NCBI RefSeq assembly: GCF_030656115.1 | Contig: NZ_JAUSOO010000037.1 | Span: 19,025 to 83,024, forward strand | Direction: 5' to 3' | Source: Hydrogenophaga sp. | Lineage (GTDB): Bacteria; Pseudomonadota; Gammaproteobacteria; Burkholderiales; Burkholderiaceae_C | Length of the DNA: 64,000 bases | Shown here: piece by piece, positions 10,379 through 19,000 of the stretch | Position numbering within the stretch: position 1 is the first letter of the stretch | How the letters are laid out: each line of letters opens with the position of its first letter | Notes under the pieces: generated by a model | What the model saw: the letters and a program-made list of their open reading frames with translations, nothing else | What the model was told of the DNA's origin: nothing | The model's database searches: none | Position numbers and translations under genes: made by a program

Positions 10379-11575
10379 ATGAAAAACCATTCGCTTCCCC
10401 GCCCCACCCTGCGCCCCACCATCGGGCTGCTGTGCCTGGCCGGCCTGGGCACCTTTCTCGCTGTGCCCGCCTTGGCGCAGGACACCAGCCACTACTACGG
10501 TGGTGTGTCCGTGGGCCAGTCCAAAACCCAGACCGATGCGGCGGGTCTGACCTCGGGCCTGCTGCCGGGCGTGGGTGTGCTCAACAGCACGACGGACGAA
10601 AAAGACACGGCCTACAAGCTGTTTGGCGGCTACCAGTTCAACCGCAACATCGCGCTCGAAGGTGGTTATTTCGACCTGGGCAAAAACAGCTTCAACGCCA
10701 ACACCGTGCCCGCCGGCACACTGGCCGGCGAGTCCCGGGTGCACGGCCTGAACCTGGACCTGGTGGGCACCCTGCCCTTCACCGAGCGCTTCTCGGCCCT
10801 GGCCCGCGTGGGTGTGCAACACGCCTGGAGCAAAAGCACCGCCAGCGGCACCGGCGCCGGCGCACTGGTGGCACCGAACAGCAAACACAACGACAGCGGC
10901 GCGAAGGTGGGCTTCGGCTTGCAATACGAAATGAGCCCGGCGGTGTGGATTCGCGGTGAGGTCGAGCGCTACCGCATCAAGAACGCGGTGGGCCAGCGCA
11001 ACAACGTGGACGTGGCCACCCTGAGCCTGGTGTTCCCGTTTGGCCGGGCCCCGGTGCAGCGTGTGGCCGCAGCACCGGCCTATGTGGCACCGGCACCCGC
11101 TTATGTGGCGCCCGCACCGGTGTATGTGACACCGGCACCGCAGGTGGTGATCGTGACGCCGCCACCCGCACCGGTGGTGGTCACACCGGCGCCCCAGCGC
11201 GTGAACTTCTCGGCCGACACGCTGTTTGGTTTTGACACCGCCAACGTGCGCCCCGAAGGCCGCGCCGCGCTGGACAAGTTCAGCAACCAACTGGCCGGCA
11301 CCCGGTACGACACGATCACGGTGGAAGGCCACACCGACCGCAAGGGTTCGGCCGCCTACAACCAGACGCTGTCCACCGAGCGCGCCGAATCGGTCAAGGC
11401 CTACCTGGTGAACAGCGGCCGGCTGGACCCGGCCAGGATCAGCGCCGTGGGCAAAGGGGAAAGCATGCCCATCACGACCGCGGCCGACTGCTCGGACAAG
11501 CTGCCGCGCGCGCAGCTGATCGCCTGCCTGCAGCCCGACCGCCGGGTGGACGTGGAAGTGACCGGCACCCGCTGA
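10379..11575 (+). CDS. OmpA family outer membrane protein (beta-barrel plus peptidoglycan-binding domain)
   Basis: Signal peptide, AYKLFGGYQFNRNIALEGGYFDLG barrel, Pro/Ala repeat linker (APAYVAP)n, VEGHTDRKGS...PDRRVDVEV. Confidence 0.92.
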   Translation: MKNHSLPRPTLRPTIGLLCLAGLGTFLAVPALAQDTSHYYGGVSVGQSKTQTDAAGLTSGLLPGVGVLNSTTDEKDTAYKLFGGYQFNRNIALEGGYFDLGKNSFNANTVPAGTLAGESRVHGLNLDLVGTLPFTERFSALARVGVQHAWSKSTASGTGAGALVAPNSKHNDSGAKVGFGLQYEMSPAVWIRGEVERYRIKNAVGQRNNVDVATLSLVFPFGRAPVQRVAAAPAYVAPAPAYVAPAPVYVTPAPQVVIVTPPPAPVVVTPAPQRVNFSADTLFGFDTANVRPEGRAALDKFSNQLAGTRYDTITVEGHTDRKGSAAYNQTLSTERAESVKAYLVNSGRLDPARISAVGKGESMPITTAADCSDKLPRAQLIACLQPDRRVDVEVTGTR

Positions 11576-11592
11576 CCCAGGCGCTCAGCCTC

Positions 11593-12147
11593 TCAGCCCC
11601 TGCACAGGGGCTGTGGCCAGCCCGAAGCGGCCAGCCCGGTTGAACCAACGGGGTGGGTCGCGCGGCGCAGCACCGGGGTCTGCGCCTGTTGTTCCCGGCG
11701 CCACTGCGCCATGTGCCGGCCCAGCGCGAGCGTGTCCAGCCCGGCCAGGCGCACCGCCAGAAACAGGCCGCCCGGGGCAGCGTTCATCCACGGCACCACG
11801 CAGCCGTCCATGTCGGCCACCAGGGCGTCGCAAGCCCGGTCGCCGGGGGGCATTTCGTCGAGCTGGGCGATCAGGCTGCGCAGCTGGGCATGGTCGCAAA
11901 AATCCGCCGGTGTCGGCGGGTTGTCGCGCAGCACCTGCCACGCGGCGGGGTAAAAAAAGCGTTCTTCCAGGTGCGCGAGCAGGGTGAGCGCGTCGCACAG
12001 GCTGTCGAGCAATGCCGCCCGGTCTGCGGCCCGTTCGTCCACCAGACGCACCCGCTCGTATTGGCGCAGCAGCGCACGCACGCGCCCATGCTCCAGCAAC
12101 AACTGGTCGAGCGCGTCGCGTGCGCGAGGAAGGCACTTGGGACGCAT
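11593..12147 (-). CDS. Hemerythrin-like domain protein (degenerate)
   Basis: DALDQLLLEH...AHLEERFFYP...DHAQ; the final H/EE ligand segment is not evident. Confidence 0.65.
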   Translation of the reverse strand: MRPKCLPRARDALDQLLLEHGRVRALLRQYERVRLVDERAADRAALLDSLCDALTLLAHLEERFFYPAAWQVLRDNPPTPADFCDHAQLRSLIAQLDEMPPGDRACDALVADMDGCVVPWMNAAPGGLFLAVRLAGLDTLALGRHMAQWRREQQAQTPVLRRATHPVGSTGLAASGWPQPLCRG

Positions 12148-12163
12148 ACCGGCACCCAGGGGT

Positions 12164-12889
12164 TCAAACCGCCTGCGTGGGGGGCAACAAGCGGTCGTAC
12201 TCGCTCTTCACCACCTGGTAGCACTCGCAGGTGCGCTGCTCCAGGCCCGGCCGGTCCAACACCTTGATGTGGCCGCGTGCGTAGCGGATGAGCCCGGCCT
12301 TTTGCAGGCTCAGCGCGGCCTCGGTCACGCCTTCGCGGCGCACACCGAGCATGTTGGCGATCAGCTCCTGCGTCATGACCAGGTTGTCGCCCGGCAGACG
12401 GTCCAGGCTCAGCAACAGCCAGCGGCAGAGCTGCTGGTCCAGCGAATGGTGGCGGTTGCACACCGCCGTTTGCGACATCTGCGTGATGAGCGCCTGGGTG
12501 TAGCGCAGCAGCAGGTGCATGACCGGGCTGGAGCGGCCGAACTCGTCTTTCATGGCGCCCGCGCGCAAGCGCAGGGCTTTGCCGGCGCTTTGCACCACCG
12601 CCCGGCTGGGGGTGGAGCCGCCGCCCATGAAGATGGAAATGCCCACAATGCCCTCGTGGCCCACCACGGCGATTTCGGCCGACGCACCGTTTTCCAGCAC
12701 GTACAGCAGCGACACGATGGCGGTGGTGGGAAAGTACACGGCGCTCATCTGGGAACCCGATTCGTACAGCACCATGCCCAGCGGCAGGTCCACGGGTTCC
12801 AGCTGCGGTTGCCAGCGCAGCCATTCGGCGTCGGGCAGGACGTCCAACAACTGGTTCCCGCGTGTCGGGTGGGCGGCGGCGGCGGTCAT
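12164..12889 (-). CDS. Crp/Fnr family transcriptional regulator (paralog 2)
   Basis: VYFPTTAIVSLLY...AEIAVVGHEGIVG; HTH MTQELIANMLGVRREGVTEAA; C-terminal CECY. Confidence 0.93.
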   Translation of the reverse strand: MTAAAAHPTRGNQLLDVLPDAEWLRWQPQLEPVDLPLGMVLYESGSQMSAVYFPTTAIVSLLYVLENGASAEIAVVGHEGIVGISIFMGGGSTPSRAVVQSAGKALRLRAGAMKDEFGRSSPVMHLLLRYTQALITQMSQTAVCNRHHSLDQQLCRWLLLSLDRLPGDNLVMTQELIANMLGVRREGVTEAALSLQKAGLIRYARGHIKVLDRPGLEQRTCECYQVVKSEYDRLLPPTQAV

Positions 12890-12953
12890 CGGCGGTCCTT
12901 CATAGGTCGTGTGTATTGGAGATTGCAGGGCAAAGCCTTATGGTAATTTGTGA

Positions 12954-12996
12954 ATTTTTTCACGCAGAGGCGCCTGCGTCTGTACGGTATCGCACC
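12954..12996 (-). promoter_or_regulatory. Putative Crp/Fnr box upstream of the Crp/Fnr gene itself
   Basis: Plus strand GCGTC-TGTACGGTATCGCACC (12976-12996); AAAAAT on the minus strand 17 nt beyond GACGC. Confidence 0.65.
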
Positions 12997-13075
12997 AACG
13001 TCGGTCCCGGTCGGCCCACCCAGCAGCGTGGGTGGGCGCCGTACGGCAGGGCCTTTCAGCCTCTCTCGCAGGCAG

Positions 13076-16000
13076 CTAGGCGCTGGGCGGTAGCGGGATC
13101 ACAAAGCAGCCGTCCCCCGGCCAATCGGCCCAGCGCAGCCGCTCGGCCACGGGCAACAAGCGCCCGCCCATCTGGGTGCAGGCCGCCTGCGCGGCCGCCG
13201 GCGTGGCCCGCAGCAGCACGAAGCGCAGGGTGCGCCCGTCGCGCGTCAGGCGCAGTTCGGCGCGGGGCCAGTGCGACGGCAGGCACGGCACGAAGCGCAG
13301 CCCGTCGGCGCGCAGTTGCAAACCCAACAGGGACTCCACCGCCGCGCGGTGCATCCAGCCGGCGGCGCCGGTGTACCAGCTCCAGCCGCCGCGCCCGGCG
13401 TAAGGGGGCTGGCTGTACACGTCGGCGGCCATCACATAGGGCTCCAGGCCGTAGGCGGCGCCTCCATCCGCGTGCTGGGCCCGGTGGGCCGGGCTGAGGT
13501 AGGTGAAGTAGCGGTAGGGCGTGTCGCCGGCGGCGTGGTCGTGGCCGGGCTCGGTGGGGCCTGGTGCGCGCTCGCGCACCGCCAGGGCGGCGGCGGCCAT
13601 CAGGGCCCACACGCCTGCGTGGGCGTATTGGCCGCCGTTTTCACGCACCCCCGGCGGGTAGGCCTGGATGTAACCAGCGCTGGGCGTGGCCTGGGCCAGC
13701 GGGGGTGCAAGCAACTGGATCAACCCGTTCTGCGCGTCCACCAGGTGGTGTTCAACCGCGTCCATGGCCAGGCGCTGGCGCTCCAGCAGCCGCCTGGAAT
13801 GCGACATGCCCGACAGCACCGACCAGGCCTGCGCGATCAGGTCGATGCGCGCTTCGGCGTTGCGGTGGGAGCCGAGGGCGCTGCCGCCGTCAAAGTAGGC
13901 GCGCGCGTACCAGCCGCCGTCCCAGGCGGTGGTTTGCAGGGCGTCGCCCCAGCACTGCAAAGCAACGTGCCAGCGCGCGGCGCGCAGGTGTTCACCGCGG
14001 TGGCGCGCCAGCGGTATCCAGTCGGTGACGATGGCGCACAGAAACCACGCCAGCCACACCGATTCGCCGCGCCCTTCGTGGCCCACGCGGTTCATGCCGT
14101 CGTTCCAGTCGCCCGTGCCCATGAGCGGCAGGCCGTGCACGCCCACGGCCAGGCTGCGGTCGATGGTGCGGGCGGCGTGTTCGTACACGCTGGCCGTGGC
14201 TTCGCTGGTGCGCGGCGTGTCGTAGGCGTCTTCGGCGCCCTCGGGCACGGGCGGGCCGTCCAGAAAGGGCACGCGGTGGTCCAGCACCGCCGTGTCGCCC
14301 GTGACGCGCAGGTAGTGGGCGCAGGCAAAGGGCAGCCACAGCAGGTCGTCTGAGAAATGGGTGCGCACACCGGCGCCGCCAGGGTCGTGCCACCAGTGCT
14401 GCACGTCGCCGGCCTCGAACTGGCGCGAGGCGCAGAGCACGATCTGGTCGCGCAAGATGCCGGGCTGCGCCCACACCAGGGCCATGGCGTCTTGCAGCTG
14501 GTCGCGAAAGCCGGTGGCGCCGCCGGCCTGGTAGAAGCCGGCCTTGGCCCACAGGCGGCTGGACACGGTCTGGTAGAGCAGCCAGCGGTTGACCAGCGCA
14601 TCGAGCAGCGGGTCGGGGGTGCTGACCTGGGTGGCGCCCAGCAGCGCGTCCCACTGCGCCCGCACACAGCGCTCGCGCTCGGCTGCGGTGGTGCGCACGG
14701 CTTGCAGCGCCAGCGCCTGGGCCTCGGCAGGGCTGGCGGCGTAGCCCAGCAGGAACCGCTGCTCCTGGCTCGCGCCGGGTCGCAGGGTGATCAGGCGGCT
14801 GATGGCCGCGCAGGGGTCGAGCCCGTCGCCGCTGCGCTGGCCCAGGTGCTCGGGCAGCACCAGTTGGCCCTGGGGGTCAAAAAAGGCGCCCCGGTCGCAG
14901 GTCCAGTCCAGGCCGTCGTTGAGCCCTGGGCTGTCGGCGTCGGGGGACCCATTGGCGGTGTGTGCTCCGGCGGCCACGGCGCAGAAAAAGGCGGTGCCGC
15001 CCCCGAAGCCTTGGCCGGCTTCGGTCTGGGTGCACAGCAAGCCCAGCAGGTCGGTGCTGGCGGGGTCGGTGTGGTGGGCCTGGGTGTGCAGCGTGGCGCG
15101 GTCGCTGCGCTTCTCGCCCATCATCCATTCCACCAGGCCGGTCAACCGCAGGTAGGCCGTGCGGGTGCCGTGGTTCACCAGCCGCACGCTCACCTGCTTC
15201 ACGGCGGTGTGGGCGTCCACACACCAGCGCAGTTCCACCGCCAGCGGCCCGTGGCGGTGGCCGATGCGGGTGTAGCCCTGGCCGTGCTCCACCTGGTACA
15301 CCGCCTGCGGGTGGCCCCAGGCCGAGGGCGCGAGGCTCCAGGCCTCGCCGGTGCGCCGGTCTTGCAGCAAAAACCACTCGGCGGGCGGGTCGGCCACCGG
15401 GTCGTTGGACCAGGCGGTGAGCTGGTTCAGCCGGCTGTTCAGGGCCCAGGTGTTGCCGGCACCGCTCTCGGACACCTGCGTGCCCAGGGCGGGGTTGGCG
15501 AGCACGTTGATCCAGGGTTTGCCAGGGCGCTGGGCCGGGCCCACGTCAAAACGGAAGGCCCCGCTGTCGGGATCAAAGTGGCCCACGGCGGCGGTGCGGG
15601 TGTCTGGCTGGTGGCAGGGCACCCGCACCGCCGCAGCGCCATGCCAGCGCAGCGACGGAGGCCTTTCGTGCTGAGCACACCAGGCGGTGATCTGCGGCAG
15701 CAGCGGGTGGCCATCGGTCCTGATCCGCACCCGGGCCAGGGCTTGCAGCGCGCCGAACTGCTCGGAGGACAAGGTGTCTGCCCGCAGCAGGTGCAGGCCG
15801 GTCACCGCCGGGCCTTGGCGGCCCAGCTGGTCGTTCGCGTGCTGCGCTTGCAACGCCACCAGTTCGCGCTGCAGGGGCATCAGGTACGAATGGGGTTCGC
15901 TGCTGAGCAGCACCAGGTCGCAGGCCACACCGCAGCGCGACCACTCGCGCAGCGCTTGCACCAGCGCGCGCAGCACGGCCAGGCCTTCGGGCACGCCGGC

Positions 16001-19000
16001 CGTCACCAGCAGCAGCGGTCGGTCGCCCGAGATGCCGAGCGGCCACAGCACGCGGCGGTCGCAGGCCGCGGGGGGCGTGGGCTTGCGGTGGCCCGCAGCC
16101 GGCCCCTGCTTGGGCAGGGTGAGCACCATCGCGGTGGTGAGCGCCTGCAGCGCGCACAGGTGGTCCGCATGCAGGCGCTGCGAGGGCGAGGGAATGCCCG
16201 CCACCGTGGCCGACATCACCGAGGCCCGCTCCACATAGCTGGGCTGGCGGTACTTGTCGAGCACCGCCATGAGGGTGGCGGCGTCGTCGGAAACGGCGGT
16301 GGCGAAGGTGACGCGGGCTTGCGCACCGGGCGCCACGCGCAGCGTCACGCCCAGGGCGGCCACCGGGTCCAGACCGGTGGGCAGCACCCCGGCCGCACCC
16401 GGCACCGGCACCAGGTGGGCGCGCGGCTGGCTGGGCGCGTGGTTGCGCCCCAGCCAGGCCAGGCGGTCGGTCTGGCAGCGCAGGCCCAGCACCTCGCCCT
16501 CGGTGTCGGCCACAAAATGCACCGCCTGCACGGTGGTTTCGGTGGGCAGGCGCGGGCGGCGTTCAAAGCGCAGCGCCTGCTGCCCGGGCAACCAGTCGGC
16601 CTGCACAAACAGGTTGGAAAAAGCCGGGTGGGCCTCGTCGGCGGCGTGGCTGGCCAGCGTCACCTCCCAGCAGGCGATCAACTCCACCTCCACCGCCCGG
16701 TCGCTGAGGTTGGTGAACACGAGCTTGCGGAATTCAATGTCGTCTTCGGGGCTCACCCACACGGTGCACAGCGTGTGCTGCTCGGGCCAATGGGCTTCGA
16801 AACACACGCGGTCGGTCTGGAACCGGCTCTGGTAGGTGGCGCCGGGGTCGGGCGCCGGGTGGCTGGTGAGCGACACCGGGGTACCGGCCTGCCCCTGGCG
16901 CAGGTAGACGAAGTGGCCACAGGCGTCGCGCAGCGCGTCGTCGCGCCAGCGGCTGATGCCGGTGCTGCCCCAGCGGCTCCAGCCCGCGCCGTTGGCCCGC
17001 AGCGTGACGCTGTAGCGCCCGTTGGAAAGCAGTTGCGTGGGCTCCAGCGCCTGCGCGCCGGGCACCACGGTGCGGCTGGCTTCGTGGCGGTGCCGGTGCG
17101 ATATGGGCAGCGGCCGCTGGGGGTGCTCTTGCAGCCGGGGCAGGTCGCGCGGTGCGCGCTCGTGCAGCAGCGCGGCCACGGCTTCGATGCGGGCGTTGGC
17201 CGCGCCCCAGCGCTGTGCCACGCCGCCCAGCAACACATTGGCCAGCGCCACGATGCTCATGCCCTGGTGGTGCGCCATGTAGGTGCTCACCAGCGTGAAG
17301 CCCTGGCCGTGGCTCTGGCGGGTGTGGGTGTAGTCCAGCGCTTCCACAAAGCCGTAGCGCCCGCGCGCGGCCAGCGCGCTCAGGGCGCGCAGGTTCTGGC
17401 ACGCCAGAGCGGGGTCGATCTGGGCGGCCAGGGCGGTGGCGTAGGGAGCGATCACGCACTCGGCCGCGGGGGTGGTGCGCAACGCCAGGTTGGGCACGCC
17501 CTGCGGTGCGTACTGGTAGGCCAGGGTGTGGTCGCGCCCGGCGTGCGCGCTTTCGGAAATGCCCCAGGGTATGCCGCGCTCGCGCACAAACGCCCGCTGC
17601 GCCTGCAGGGCCGAGCGCCCGGCCTCGTGCAACACGCTGCCCTGTGGCTCGGCCAGCACCAGGGTGGGCATGAGGTATTCGAACATCGAGCCCGACCAGG
17701 AACGCAGCACCGCCAGGGTGCCGCTGGCAAAAAACGGGCGGCCCAGCGCGCTCCAGTGGCGCACCGGCACATCGCCTTTGGCCATGGCCAGCAGGCTGGT
17801 GGTGCGCGACTCGGACGCCAGCAGGTCGTAAAACGAGGTGTCGAGCTGCTGCTCCAGCACCCGGTAACCAATGTGCAGCAGGTGGCGCCGGGGGTGGTAC
17901 AGAAACCGGAAGTCGGGCGCCCAGGCCAGTTGCTCCAGCGCGTCGGCCATCGCCAGCAAACGCTGGGTGGTCTGCGCGCTCTGCCCGGCATGGGCCGCCA
18001 GCGCGTCCAGGCTGGCCGATTGCACGGTGGCGATGTGGTCGCCCAGCAACCAGGCCAGCTCGTCGCAGTCGGTGGGCTCGGTGCCCACCGTGAGCGGGTT
18101 GTGCGGCGGCGTCACCGCGTCCAGCTCGCCACGGGCCTGGCGCAGCAGGGTCTGAACGTGCTCAAACGCGGGCGTGCCGGGCACCATGGCGGGGGCCAGG
18201 GCCAACAACCGGCCGGTGGCCGACTCAGGACCCGCCCGGTGCAGCAGGCGCGGCAGCAGGCCCACCTGCGGCCGCAGCCGCGCCAGGGAGCACTGCACCG
18301 CCCGCTCGTTGGCCAGCGCCGCAAAGGGGTCGCGCGCCAGCGCCGCGCAGGCCTGCGCCACCGCCAGCAGGTGGGCGCTGAGGTTGCCGCTGTCCACGGT
18401 GGACACGTAGCGCGGCAGCAGGGGCTGCAGGGTCTGGGTGCCGTACCAGTTCAAAAAATGGCCGTGGTGGCGCTCCATCTGGTGCAGCGTGGCCAGCGTG
18501 GCGTCCAGCCGCGCCAGCAGGTCCTGGGTACCGATCCAGCCGAACTGGCGCGCACACGCGGCGCTGAGCAGGTAGAGCCCGATGTTGGTGGGCGAGGTGC
18601 GGTGCGCCACCGTCTCAAACGGTACGGTCTGCAGGTTGTCGGGCGGCAGGTGGTTGTTTGGCGCGTCCACGCAGCGCTCGAACAGCCGCCAGGTGTCGCG
18701 CGCCACACCGGCGAGCAGGTCGCGGTCGGCGGGGGCCAGCGCCGCACCGGGCTGCGCTGGCCAGGGCCGGTTGGCCAGCCACACCAGCAGCGGTGTGACG
18801 GCCCACAACGCGAGCAAAACCAACGCCAGGGCACCGGGCGCGGGGGTGCTCAGGCCCAGCACCAGCAGCAACACCAGCGCGGTCACCGGTGCGCTGCGGT
18901 GGCGCACCAGGGTGGCGCGCAGCGCGGTCTTCAGGCTGGCCTGCGCGGCGTCGGCGGTGGTCCATTCGAGCAGGTGGCGCCGGCTCACGGCCAGGCGGTA

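Noticed and set aside
11061-11190. 21-bp tandem repeats in ompA as a CRISPR or VNTR system
   Set aside because: They encode the ordinary Pro/Ala linker (APAYVAP)n, with no spacers or cas genes.
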